The notes beneath the pieces were generated by a model. The model saw only the letters and a list, made by a program, of their open reading frames with translations. It had not been told where the DNA came from and made no database searches. DNA of 64,000 nucleotides from Acidobacteriota bacterium (GTDB lineage: Bacteria > Acidobacteriota > UBA6911 > RPQK01 > JADFOI01): the NCBI GenBank assembly GCA_963663035.1, contig OY760074.1, forward strand, positions 3,264,001-3,328,000, written 5' to 3'. Numbering within the stretch: position 1 is the first letter of the stretch; every line of letters starts with the position of its first letter. The position numbers and the translations under genes were made by a program. Positions 40,115-50,145 of the stretch are shown here, piece after piece.

Positions 40115-40257
40115 AAAGCCCAAAGGAGTCGGTCCAAATGAAGCGTCCCCACCTCTCCCCGTAAAGACGCTTGTCGGAAAAGTAACACTTTAGTCGCTAG
40201 ACTTTTCTGGCACCTCCCGCTAGGCTTAGGCGGACCAAACTTAAGATAGGAGGTTTC

Positions 40258-40917
40258 ATGACGTTACGCATAGGTGCAGAAGCACCCGATTTCAGCGCGG
40301 AGACGACAGAAGGGAACATCAACTTTCACGAATGGATTGGGGACGGATGGGCGCTCCTGTTTTCGCATCCGAAAGATTTCACCCCGGTCTGCACCACCGA
40401 GCTCGGCGCAGTGGCCGGTCTCAAGGGGGAGTTTGAAAAACGTAATTGCAAGATCCTGGGCATCAGTGTGGATGGTGTCGCTGATCATCAGGCCTGGTCA
40501 AAGGACATCGAGGCGTCCCAAGGCCATGCCCTAAACTACCCGTTAATCGGAGATCCCGGACTCAAAGTGGTCAAGCTTTACGACATGTTGCCGGCTGAGG
40601 CGGGCGACACGTGTGAGGGGCGAACGGCGGCCGACAACGCCACTGCCCGGTCGGTTTTCGTGATCGGTCCAGACAAGAAGATTAAGGCAACGCTCACCTA
40701 TCCGATGAGTACGGGTCGCAATTTCGTTGAGATTCTCCGTCTATTGGACTCTTGCCAGCTGACGGCCACCGAGAAGGTAGCGACGCCGGCCAATTGGGAA
40801 CAGGGCAAGGACGTGATCATCCTTCCGGCGGTGTCCGATGAGGACGCCAAGGCGAAGTACCCAGACGGCTGGCAGCAGCCCTTGCCTTACATCCGGATAG
40901 TGCCTCAGCCAAAGTAG
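40258..40917 (+). CDS. 1-Cys peroxiredoxin (Prx6 family)
   Basis: FSHPKDFTPVCTTE, YPMSTGRNF, TPANW. AGGAGG RBS. Confidence 0.93.
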   Translation: MTLRIGAEAPDFSAETTEGNINFHEWIGDGWALLFSHPKDFTPVCTTELGAVAGLKGEFEKRNCKILGISVDGVADHQAWSKDIEASQGHALNYPLIGDPGLKVVKLYDMLPAEAGDTCEGRTAADNATARSVFVIGPDKKIKATLTYPMSTGRNFVEILRLLDSCQLTATEKVATPANWEQGKDVIILPAVSDEDAKAKYPDGWQQPLPYIRIVPQPK

Positions 40918-41028
40918 TCGAGAATTCGCAAACTGCTGAGAATCTTCCCTGACCCGCTTCGACCATCGCTCATCCGGTGACGTTTCGGAAGGCTTTTTCT
41001 GGAGGGGAGGGGCCTGCCCCGCACTCTT

Positions 41029-41502
41029 TTACTGCTTATCGAAAACCTCTACCCTGCTAAACGGCTTACCCTCCGAATTGGTCCCCATCGTTTTGAAGGT
41101 GAAGGTTTTTCCATCCAGAGAGACGGAGCGCATAAAAACCGTGATCAACTTCCCGCCCTTCATGGACATCCCCTCCAGATTATAGGCATCAATGCGCCTA
41201 TCCATCGTGGCGTCACTTCTGGGAGAAGGATTTGCCCTGGGGTGCTCTTCGCCGTCGAAAGCGAGTATGAGCTCGGTGTGGGACGATTTCCCATTGGCAT
41301 CAACCGTATCGCGGGTATTCTTATATGTATCTTCGCCCACTGACTCATACTGGTGTACCAGACTCCGCGGCGCCGGACCCGGGTCGTATATCGATTTGGA
41401 CAGATTGAGCTTCCAAGTACCGATCAATGGGTCGCTCTGCGCCCAGACACTACTAGCCAGGGCCAGGAAAGCCACGGCCGCAATTCCGCTGTACTTTTTC
41501 AT
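41029..41502 (-). CDS. Secreted hypothetical beta-barrel protein
   Basis: Signal peptide then DPLIGTWKLNLSKS...VFDKQ. Confidence 0.65.
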   Translation of the reverse strand: MKKYSGIAAVAFLALASSVWAQSDPLIGTWKLNLSKSIYDPGPAPRSLVHQYESVGEDTYKNTRDTVDANGKSSHTELILAFDGEEHPRANPSPRSDATMDRRIDAYNLEGMSMKGGKLITVFMRSVSLDGKTFTFKTMGTNSEGKPFSRVEVFDKQ

Positions 41503-41641
41503 GGGCTGCTCCTTTACAATTTCTCCACGCATAGACTTCACCTGCCCGATAGTCTAGCCTCCTCATTAAAATAAAGATACACCTCCGCTTGAGTTTCCTA
41601 GGTGGACGAAAAGTGAACGGATGTCTTCACGAAAATGGCTC

Positions 41642-42976
41642 TTATCCTTGAACTTTCTCATCGGTCTTGAGTGAATACCAATCCACCTTCCGAGTTAGGT
41701 ACATCACCCCGGCTAAGATCAGGAATAGACCGATTGACCCTACCAGCAGCGCGTAGTCCTGATTTCTTAGGAGAATGTAGAGATACAAATAGAGCGCTGT
41801 CAGGATAAAGCCCATTATCGAAGCGCGCTGTAAGCCGCCAAGGACTGCAGCACTGTACCCAAAGATCAGAGCAACGACTGATGCCGTCGCGATAACGTAT
41901 GCTGCAAGAAAACCGAGCTGTTCCGAAAGCGAGAGCTCAAGCAAATAAAAAAGACACATGCCCGCTCCTACAAGGAGGTATTGAAGCGAGTGGACGCGAA
42001 TTCCAGCCAGCACTTCAAAGAGCCATAGTGATCCGAATGTTAGAAAGAGGAAAAGCGCTGAATACTTTACGCTTCGCTGGGCCATGCGGTAGTGATCGAC
42101 CGGAGTGATGAGGTTCACACCGAATCGGGAGGCAGAGATTGCTTCGCCGACACTGGAACTGGAATCCCATTTCTGAGGATAATTCCTGCCAAGAGAAGGG
42201 ATTTTCCATGTCGCCTCAAATCCATCTTTATCTATCGACCGATCCGTGGGTAGCCAGCTTCCCTGAAAACTCGGATCACTCCAGGTGGATTCAAGCTGCA
42301 CGGTCGTATCTCGGCCGAAGGGCACAAAGAAAACGCCGACACTCCCATTGAGGGACAACGAAAAGTTGAATTCTCCGTTCTCGACTTGTGCAAGCTTTGC
42401 TACGGGTGCATGGATCCCGGGATCTGGAACTTCTGACTCACCTGGACCGGGGAGGAAGCCGATTTTCGATCCGTTCCAGGAGAGTGTTGCCTGCTCTTGA
42501 ATTGATCGGGCATCAGAGATCTTGACCACCAGGTGCGATCGTTCCCACAAGATCTCGTCTGGCTCCACCTCCCAATCGGAGAAGTCAGGTTGTCCAAAAT
42601 CGCCGCTGAACTCGAGATCCAGCCGGTAGACCGGCACTTCGAAGATGCCCCGATACCGAACTTCGCTGGCAACCCTTCCGGAGATCGCCAAAGTGTTTGG
42701 AAGGAAGTGTGCGTACCCAATCTCGGTTCTTGTACGGGATCCTGTCGATGTCTCCTCAATCCATTTCTTGAGATACGGAACGATGAGTTTAGGGCCAACG
42801 ATAGACTGCTCACCGCCCCACTTTCCGGTTACCTCCTCAATTGCCTCCGCGCGGGTCGATTCGCGTTCGCTGATCACACCACTAATCATCAAAGCTGGAA
42901 TTTGAAGCAGTAGCACTAAGAAGACGATCAGTAAAATTCGAAGAAGCGGTAAGTTATTTCTTTTCGGACCGGTCAT
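41642..42976 (-). CDS. creD: Inner membrane protein CreD
   Basis: ISERE..R, RYRGIFEVPVY, WSDPSFQG, RSVKYS, HSLQYLLVG, LSLSE, MYLTRKVDWY. Confidence 0.9.
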   Translation of the reverse strand: MTGPKRNNLPLLRILLIVFLVLLLQIPALMISGVISERESTRAEAIEEVTGKWGGEQSIVGPKLIVPYLKKWIEETSTGSRTRTEIGYAHFLPNTLAISGRVASEVRYRGIFEVPVYRLDLEFSGDFGQPDFSDWEVEPDEILWERSHLVVKISDARSIQEQATLSWNGSKIGFLPGPGESEVPDPGIHAPVAKLAQVENGEFNFSLSLNGSVGVFFVPFGRDTTVQLESTWSDPSFQGSWLPTDRSIDKDGFEATWKIPSLGRNYPQKWDSSSSVGEAISASRFGVNLITPVDHYRMAQRSVKYSALFLFLTFGSLWLFEVLAGIRVHSLQYLLVGAGMCLFYLLELSLSEQLGFLAAYVIATASVVALIFGYSAAVLGGLQRASIMGFILTALYLYLYILLRNQDYALLVGSIGLFLILAGVMYLTRKVDWYSLKTDEKVQG

Positions 42977-43195
42977 CGAATCTCCTTGTGGATCTCCAAG
43001 CTTGGCCAAAAATGATTTGCGCCGTAATAAGTGATTCTATCAGTATTACCGGGATCGTAATTTCCGAAGGCCCTCCTGACACGAGCGTCTTGGATGTGAT
43101 AGAGCGCGAAGACAAGTTGTCAGGTTGCTCGAAGGTTTGACTCGTGACTTCTTGAGGCACACCTGATGCACTCTGTGCCAGGCTGGAGGGAAACA

Positions 43196-43242
43196 TGGTG
43201 CCGGAGGGGGGAGTCGAAACCTCACGAGAGTCACCCTTCGCC
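43196..43242 (-). repeat. tRNA-Leu 3' fragment (att copy 4, most diverged)
   Basis: TGGTGCCGGAGGGGGGAGTCGAAACCTCACGAGAGTCACCCTTCGCC compared with the tRNA at 58104. The anticodon region is degenerate. Confidence 0.85.
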
Positions 43243-43586
43243 GTATTTATGAAGTGAGCCACTAAGGTGAGTCCACTCGACTAGTGAAGAAAAGCTAATG
43301 TTTTCAATCGCTTCCCTGATTTATCGCCAATCATAAATAGGAAGAACGAGTTTTCGGAAGCCACCGGAAAGAGTCCTCACGCCTTGGTGGTGGGGTCATC
43401 CAGGATGTGTCGGGTTCGGGGAGGAAACGAGCATCGCGTACTACAAGCCAGCCTTGCGGAAGAGGCATGCGCGAGAGTGTTCCTCTGCGCGTCACCCACT
43501 TCATAGCACCACGATCCTGGCATAGTCTTGCGAGCTCAAGTGTTGCCGTTGCATCGCGTGTGTTGTAATCGAGCACCTCAGCATGT

Positions 43587-44853
43587 TGACCTTGCCCCCT
43601 AAAACGAGTCCAGTTTGAATGTTAGGATTTCCGGTTTAGGAAGGAGGCAAGGATGGCAGGGAAGCGGTTTAGGGCAGAACAGATCATCATGAAGCTGCGT
43701 GAGGCAGAGGTGGGTCTGGCCCAAGGACAGAGGGTGGGACAGGTGTCGAAGCAGATGGGGGTGAGCGAGCAGACCTACTACCGGTGGCGCAAAGAGTACG
43801 GAGGGCTCCGGTTGGACCAGGCCAAGAGGTTGAAGGTGTTGGAGAAGGAGAATACCCGGTTGAAGAAGCTGGTGGCGGATCTGTCTTTGGACAAGCAGAT
43901 CCTGAAGGAAGTGTCCTCGGGAAACTTCTAGGCCCGGCGAACAGGAGACGAGCGGTGATGTGGGTACGAGAGCGATTAGGAGCAGAGCGAGTCTCCGAAC
44001 GTCGGGCCTGCCAAGTGCTGGGACAGGTTCGATCGACCCAGCGAAGGGAAAGGCAAATTCCCGATGATGAGGCCCGATTGGTGGCCCGGATGGTGGAGTT
44101 GGCTACGCAATACGGGCGTTATGGCTACCGGCGGGTCACGGCGATACTTCATGGGGAAGGGTGGAAGGTGAATCCTAAGCGGGTGGAGAGGCTGTGGAGA
44201 CAAGAAGGGCTGAAAGTCCCGTCCAGACAGCCGAAACGAAGGAGGCTGTGGCTTAATGACGGTTCCTGTGTTCGGTTACGAGCGGCTCGCAAGAACCACG
44301 TCTGGAGCTATGATTTCGTGCATGAACGGACCCATGATGGGCGAGCCTTTCGGCTATTGACGATCCTGGATGAGTACACCAGAGAGTGCCTCGCCATTGA
44401 TGTGAAACGGCAGATGAATCACCAAGACGTGTTGGACCGGCTGGCGGAGTTATTCGTTGATCGGGGAGTGCCTGAGTTTATCCGGTCCGATAACGGATCG
44501 GAGTTTACGGCACAGGCGGTCCGGGACTGGCTGCAGGCTGTTGGGGTAAGGACCTTGTACATCGAGCCGGGCAGCCCCTGGGAGAATGGGTACATTGAGA
44601 GTTTCAACGGGAAACTACGGGATGAGCTGCTGAACATGGAGATCTTCGACACGCTGGGGGAAGCCAAGGTGTTGGTAGAACGCTGGCGGAGGGATTACAA
44701 TCAGATCCGGCCTCACAGCGCCTTGGCCTATCGGCCGCCGGCGCCAGAGGCCAAACTACCTAGGTCGCAGGCACTGGATCCAATCCCTTGGAGTGGACTT
44801 CAAATGGTCCCGGGTCTAGCATAGAGGGTGGACTCGTTCGTGGGGGCAGGTCA
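43587..44853 (+). mobile_element. IS3-family insertion sequence
   Basis: TG...CA ends with IR TGACCTTGCCCCCTAAAACGAGTCCA / TGGACTCGTTCGTGGGGGCAGGTCA and 4-bp ATGT target duplication. Confidence 0.95.
43653..44824 (+). CDS. IS3 transposase OrfA/OrfB with programmed -1 frameshift
   Basis: OrfA HTH at 43653-43931. GGGAAAC slippery site at ~43919. OrfB DDE motifs [23 protein letters not shown]. Confidence 0.93.
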
Positions 44854-45403
44854 ATGTCGACCCTCAGCCCACAAGATAGGAGCCTTCGAGCCTTTAATCC
44901 CTGAATGCTTTCCCTTAATACCCATTCCCTGTGCCGCCTTGTCAAGACTAACTAAATGTCCCAGGACGCAAACTGCGTGAAACATAATGTCAACGTGTCC
45001 AAGCGCTAGACTGGCGCACTCCTCGACTAGACCCGACTCTTCGGCAAGAATGTTGAAGTCAAAGTTCAGACCATTCCAGGTAAGGAGAGTGAAGCCGTTG
45101 TTCACCAGGTTAACCAAGTCGAGCACCATCCGCTTGCTCTCTTCATGGCTCATAGATTCCGCGGGCTCCCCAAGTTTGGAACGACCATGCCAAATAAGTG
45201 GTGTCGCATGATCTTCTCTTACCCCAGCTGCACAGCAGATCCCAAGTGGTCTGTGAGACAGTAGATCAGATGTGGTCTCGGGTAGTACCTTAGCCGTTTC
45301 AAGATCGAATGCCAGATATTTCCTTTTCATCCTGTGAGGCTACGGCTTGAGTCTGGTCAAAGTTTCCTTGGTTGAGGAACGACAAACAAAATAAGGAAGA
45401 TGT

Positions 45404-45673
45404 TCAACGGTAAGTCTTTTCACTCCCGGAGAGAATAGCAGAGATTATAATACGACGTGGGGGTTCAGAGAGAGGAACAAAAATAAGGCGATACCGACCA
45501 ACGCGTTTACGGTATCGCCCTTCCCAACCCGCACCCTTAAGAGCCTTTGAATCACCAGCGAAAGGGTCTTTCTTGAGTGTTTCAATGGCCTTGCTAATGC
45601 GTTGCTGGGTGTCACAGGGGAGTTTGCGCAACTGCTTTACAGCGGTACGGGTAAGCTGGACTGACCAGGTCAT
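45404..45673 (-). CDS. relE: RelE/ParE-family toxin
   Basis: WSVQLTRTAVKQLRKL, DSKALKG, YRKRVGRYRLIF. Confidence 0.85.
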   Translation of the reverse strand: MTWSVQLTRTAVKQLRKLPCDTQQRISKAIETLKKDPFAGDSKALKGAGWEGRYRKRVGRYRLIFVPLSEPPRRIIISAILSGSEKTYR

Positions 45674-45677
45674 TTCG

Positions 45678-45941
45678 TTAGAGCTTTAATTCGGTCTTCA
45701 CATCTTCCCAAGCCACAACCTCACCCCGTTGGATATCTTGTTCGGCCTTGCGAACAATGGCTTCCTCTTTTGCGGTGAGAACGTCATCAGGGTCTACAAG
45801 TTTCTTAGGTTTGATGACAACAGTACCGTTTTTTGCGTTCCGGACGACCTCAACGAAATCACCTTGCTTTAGGTTAAGCGCTTCACAAATGTCTTTAGGA
45901 ATGACTACCTGACGGCGTTGACCTAGCTTACTAACAGGCAT
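45678..45941 (-). CDS. AbrB/MazE/SpoVT-family antitoxin
   Basis: RRQVVIPKDICEALNLKQGDFV. Lies directly upstream of the toxin, with AAGGAGG RBS. Confidence 0.85.
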   Translation of the reverse strand: MPVSKLGQRRQVVIPKDICEALNLKQGDFVEVVRNAKNGTVVIKPKKLVDPDDVLTAKEEAIVRKAEQDIQRGEVVAWEDVKTELKL

Positions 45942-46137
45942 AGTTTATGCCCTCCTTAAGGTTGGTGTTTGCCTAGTTATCATACTGTCAGATTCACAGA
46001 TTGTCAGAAATACGTCAAGCGACGAGAGTTACAGGAATTATCCCCCACTGACTTGAGGTGCCAATTTGGAGCCTCAAGTCATCAAACTCGGAGATGGGGA
46101 CGAAATGGGAACAGAAGCCTTCTGTTGTGGGAAAAGA

Positions 46138-46198
46138 TGGTGCCGGAGGGGGGAGTCGAACCCCCACGAGAGTCACCCCTCACCAGATTTTGAGTTTG
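46138..46198 (-). repeat. tRNA-Leu 3' fragment (att copy 3)
   Basis: 61-bp match to the tRNA from CCA through the anticodon stem, with two substitutions. Confidence 0.93.
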
Positions 46199-46536
46199 AG
46201 CTAAATCCACTCGATTTGTGAAGAAAAGCTGATATTTATCAACAGGTTCTCGGATTATTCACCAATCCAAATAAGTGAAAGATGACGAAAGATTGAGCTT
46301 TCAACCGGGCCAAAAACGGGCAATAATAATCGGGTAGTAAAGGGATACAACAAGCTTAGTACCGAAAAGATTCGGAAAGCGTTAGGAATGTGGAGAGTCC
46401 ATACCGTTGGGTTCCTCACCCAAAGACGCAGAATGCCCCCATCCATCTTTCTGATTCGTATATACAGCAGCTGATATTCCCTTCTAACCTCCCAAAGTCT
46501 TACTTAACATCTCGGAACAATCCGAGGGAGGCTCCG

Positions 46537-46636
46537 ATGCTCGGGACGACCATTTTCCATTACCGCATTCTGGAGAAAATCGGAGAAGTGAGGTGGGGGA
46601 AGTGTCTCGCGTGGAGGATACCAATCTGAAGCGACG
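46537..46636 (+). pseudogene. 5' remnant of a Ser/Thr kinase gene
   Basis: GGAGG RBS, MLGTTIFHYRILEKIGE, then frameshifted GEVSRVEDTNLKR. Similar to the N-terminus of the kinase at 22069. Confidence 0.7.
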
Positions 46637-46730
46637 GTATAACAGTGCCGTTCAGCGGCGAACGGCGCGTCTGCATGAAGCCCTTTTGGCCATAACCGCG
46701 CCGGTCGTCCGCTGCAACGGCGAGTTAGAT
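46637..46730 (-). other. Integron attC site
   Basis: Minus strand: ATCTAAC (R'')-5 nt-GTTGCAGC (L'' with extra base)...GCTGAAC (L')-6 nt-GTTATAC (R'), with inner CGCGCCG/CGGCGCG stem. Confidence 0.75.
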
Positions 46731-46911
46731 GCCGGTGTCACGAAGTGCCAAACCCACAGCGCCAAAAGACCCTCATCTGACCCGTTTCCACCTTATCTGA
46801 AAGTGCGAAATCTAATAGTAAGCTCTGGCTCTCGCCACTAATATCCTCCACGATCATGCTTCATGTATGATGCGGCGGGAGCCACATTTTTCCTTTTTCC
46901 ACTCCGTGGCG

Positions 46912-48032
46912 TTAGCCAGTATCTTGGCCCCCATGACGGACCGCCACTAGTGGGCGTGGAAGACAGATATCAACTTTTCTCTCAGTCTCCATAGTCAACC
47001 ATAACTTCGGTAGAGGAAGCTTGCTAGTCGTGCTATTTTCCTTCTCTTCACAGCGTTCCTCCGCTTTTAAAGACGCTTCATAGGGCAATTTGGAGAGGAA
47101 AGAAGCCGAGAATAACTTAGAGGGTAAATCGTCTACGTTGATTTCAATCGAACCTCCCGGCGAAAGAAGTTGATCCACTTGATGGATGTACCCCTCTGCT
47201 TCGAGTTGTTTGACATGCACAGGGCAAGAGCCATGACTCTGGACTTGAATCGTTGAGGAGATCCTGAACTCACCAACCCGGCGAAAGTGAAGAAGAAAAT
47301 CCAAATTCCGATTCACACGCAAGCGTTCCACTTCCTCGAAACTAAATCGTTCTTCTTGCCGAAGGCTCGAGTCCAAGATCTCAATCCACTGGGAGGAATA
47401 CTCTTTTAGAATGCCTTCATACTCAACGGAAGTCTCCCCTTGCAATGCTTCGGCTACCACTCGATGACCGATGTAACGCTCAAGAATAGGTTCAAAAGCA
47501 TTTGGCACTGCTCCCAACACCATTTGACCCATCTGGTTCAAACGGGCATCCTGTGACTGCAAAACCGGTGATTCGACTGACCTCTTTGTTTTCGCTGCGA
47601 TCACGCCAAATGATTGGGTCAATGCATCGCGAAAGGTATTTAAAAAACTCCGGAGACCTCGACGCACAGAACGCCAGAATTTAGGAGGAGCAGCTCGCTC
47701 AATTTCTCGAATCCTCCGTCTTTGATTCTCTTGGGACAACTCGTCATGATAACGGTAAATTGTCCGTAGGCGCGCCAGGTCGCTTTGATACAGAATAAAA
47801 CTGGTCTCGATATGTCCCGCTGAGTCTGATGAGGCGTCGGATAAAGCAATTCAACACTGTTGAAAAAAACATTCAGGCGCCCCCAAACGCACTTACCGTC
47901 ATTCATCTCGATTGTCACGTTGAAACCGGTGAAGTCGTTAAGGCAAAGATCTCGGCTTCGTCGCTGGATGTAAGTCCCTACCAGGGCCGTTACGAAAATA
48001 AAAAGAAGCGTGGCAATGAAGATTGAGTCCAT
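46912..48032 (-). pseudogene. Membrane-anchored hypothetical protein, frameshift near 47826
   Basis: The two track ORFs join as ...YPTPHQ/DSAGHIETSFILYQSDLARLRTIYRYHDELSQENQRRR. Confidence 0.65.
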
Positions 48033-48263
48033 AGCTTTTCAAGACCACCCTTTACACTACCAGGAACAATGATCGCACCAACCGCCGCCCGCAGCACCCA
48101 TCCAATGGTGCGAAGCTGAGCCGGAGGATATTTCCAATAGATTCACGCTCATTCACCCTCTTTAGAGAGAAGATTGACATTGTTGTGTTCGTTCTTGCGT
48201 CTTTGGGGCGGTAACTCTGTCTGTGCTTTGGCTCACATTCGTGAAGTCAATGCGGGGGCATCA

Positions 48264-48836
48264 TTAATCGTTTTGACAGGCTTCACCTATTGTCTCCCCG
48301 AGTAGGCGTGTCAGGTCCTCGTTGTCGTATCTCATACCTCCCACGATTTCCTTTGCCCGTGATGAGAGTCGTTGATAGCCCCACGTACAACGGCTTTTGG
48401 TTTCCACGCAGCCTTCGCGTTGGTAGTACAAAGGCATGTTCACCTCAAAGAAGGAAATACTATCTGCATCTTTGAGCAGGTCAGAACGCGGATCACCTCC
48501 AACCTCATGAAGGGTCACCAACCGGCAAGCCTCGTCAGCCGTAGCTTTGGTTACACGGCACTTTTCCAGGATCGCTCCCAGAATATCAGCCCCATTACGC
48601 GCATGAGCAGCCTTGAAGGCGTCATAGTTGTCATAATGAGAGCGACGTACCTTTTGGGCTGTGACGGCTCGCTCAATGTCATGGGCGAGAGCGGCAATTT
48701 GCAATGCTTCGTCACTTTTGGGAGCGAGTCTTAACAGCCACTCAAGGGTATTTTCGGCATGGTGAGGGTCTTCTGGAACATCGGAGCCTGCAATAATCGC
48801 TTTGGTTCTTACTTTTGCGCATTCTATGCTATCCAT
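48264..48836 (-). CDS. HD-domain protein (DUF4202-like)
   Basis: HHAENT, AHDIER, HEVGG, DADSISFF. Its ATG overlaps the upstream gene's last codons. Confidence 0.75.
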   Translation of the reverse strand: MDSIECAKVRTKAIIAGSDVPEDPHHAENTLEWLLRLAPKSDEALQIAALAHDIERAVTAQKVRRSHYDNYDAFKAAHARNGADILGAILEKCRVTKATADEACRLVTLHEVGGDPRSDLLKDADSISFFEVNMPLYYQREGCVETKSRCTWGYQRLSSRAKEIVGGMRYDNEDLTRLLGETIGEACQND

Positions 48837-50145
48837 GATCGCGGCAAACGATAACACGGCGGATGGTTTCAAAGTTCATCGCTATGGCAAGCACAAAGAG
48901 CGTCAAATAAGGCTGGTTGAATAGGGCACCTAAGAATATCAGCAAGAGTCGGAGGTCGCGGCCCACACGAAGTCCCTTGCCCCAACGGCCGAGCATGCGC
49001 TTGTCGTATTTGTCCGCGGTATAGCTCACCATGAAGGAACCGGTAATCGCCAGAAATCCAGTCAATAGGATGAGGCTATCCAAATCGTTTGCGTAGGCGT
49101 GCCAGGTGAGGCCAAAAAGAAGGGCTGCGTCGGCATAACGGTCCAGGACCGCATCGAGCCATCCTCCGTAATGGCTGCTTTGGAACTTGAGCCGCGCTAC
49201 TTCCCCATCGCATCCGTCGATGACCGAGGCGAACTGGACCAGCAAACCGCCCAGCAAAAGCATGGCATAACTCCCCAGAGAAAACAGACCAGCGGCCAGT
49301 ACCGAACACAGGAAGGAAAACAGGGAGATTTGATTGGGGGTGATCGGGTACTTCATCAATTGGCGGGAAATCCTTGCCGACAACGGTCGGTTGACGTGAC
49401 GTGAGACAGGCCCATCGCTGGGCTTGTCCCCCAGATTAGCCAACAGCGCGTTCTCTGCCCGCCTAAAGGCCGTGGGATCATCTACGTCAATCACGAAGTA
49501 ACCCCTAACCTCAACAGTTTTAACCCGATCCTGGCCGGCCAGGACACGCACCGCTGCGGACAGACTCGTATCGCCGTATTCCTTTGCGCAATACTCCAAC
49601 GCATCAAAAATGGAAGGAGTGCAGAGGAAAATACCAGTGTCAAAGCCATTGAAGTCCGTCAAGCCCTTACCGATGTCACGTAACTTGTCCCCTTCCGTCT
49701 TGACTCGGGTGACATCCTCCATATCGATGAGGGGATTGCCAATATTACTGTCTACGCCCAGGATGATTTCGCCGTCGGTTCGAGGAACCCTCATCAACTC
49801 GCGGGCAATGGTTGGATCAAAGAGATGATCCGCCATCAGCAACAGAAAGGATCCACGCAGATACTTCCGTGCCTTGAGCACCGAAAGGCCGTTTTCTTTT
49901 TTCCAGTCCTCGTTAACAATTGGGGTGATATGAACTTCCAGACGGTCGGTCAGACGGTTCAGAAAGTCTTGAACACGCCTCCCCTGGTATCCGGTAACTA
50001 CATAAAAGTCATCCACTCCGGCCTCCAGCCCTGAGCGGATGACCCTTTCAATCAAGGGAACCCCTAAAATGGGGGTGAGCGGTTTGCAACTACCGTTCTG
50101 CCGTAGCCGGCTTCCCTCCCCAGCCGCGATAATGAGACACTTCAC
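48829..50145 (-). CDS. Bifunctional NTP-transferase / CDP-alcohol phosphotransferase (IPCT/DIPPS-like)
   Basis: IIAAGEGSRL..KPL, ENGLS, DTGIF, then ITPNQIS, DGCDGEVAR...GGWLDAVLDRYAD. GTG start is approximate. Confidence 0.85.
   Translation of the reverse strand: MKCLIIAAGEGSRLRQNGSCKPLTPILGVPLIERVIRSGLEAGVDDFYVVTGYQGRRVQDFLNRLTDRLEVHITPIVNEDWKKENGLSVLKARKYLRGSFLLLMADHLFDPTIARELMRVPRTDGEIILGVDSNIGNPLIDMEDVTRVKTEGDKLRDIGKGLTDFNGFDTGIFLCTPSIFDALEYCAKEYGDTSLSAAVRVLAGQDRVKTVEVRGYFVIDVDDPTAFRRAENALLANLGDKPSDGPVSRHVNRPLSARISRQLMKYPITPNQISLFSFLCSVLAAGLFSLGSYAMLLLGGLLVQFASVIDGCDGEVARLKFQSSHYGGWLDAVLDRYADAALLFGLTWHAYANDLDSLILLTGFLAITGSFMVSYTADKYDKRMLGRWGKGLRVGRDLRLLLIFLGALFNQPYLTLFVLAIAMNFETIRRVIVCRDHG

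Larger units (their letters stand above)
43331..45330 (-). pseudogene. RNase H-like / DEDD exonuclease-domain protein disrupted by IS3
   Basis: AFDLET, TWNGLNFDF, HVDIM. Removing the IS and one ATGT restores WAEGRHAEVLDYNTRDA. Confidence 0.8.

Noticed and set aside
43241-43258. CCGTATTTATGAAGTGAG resembling the family C MITE end at 13399-13417
   Set aside because: Short match with no partner end nearby. It may be a scar but cannot be told apart from att decay.
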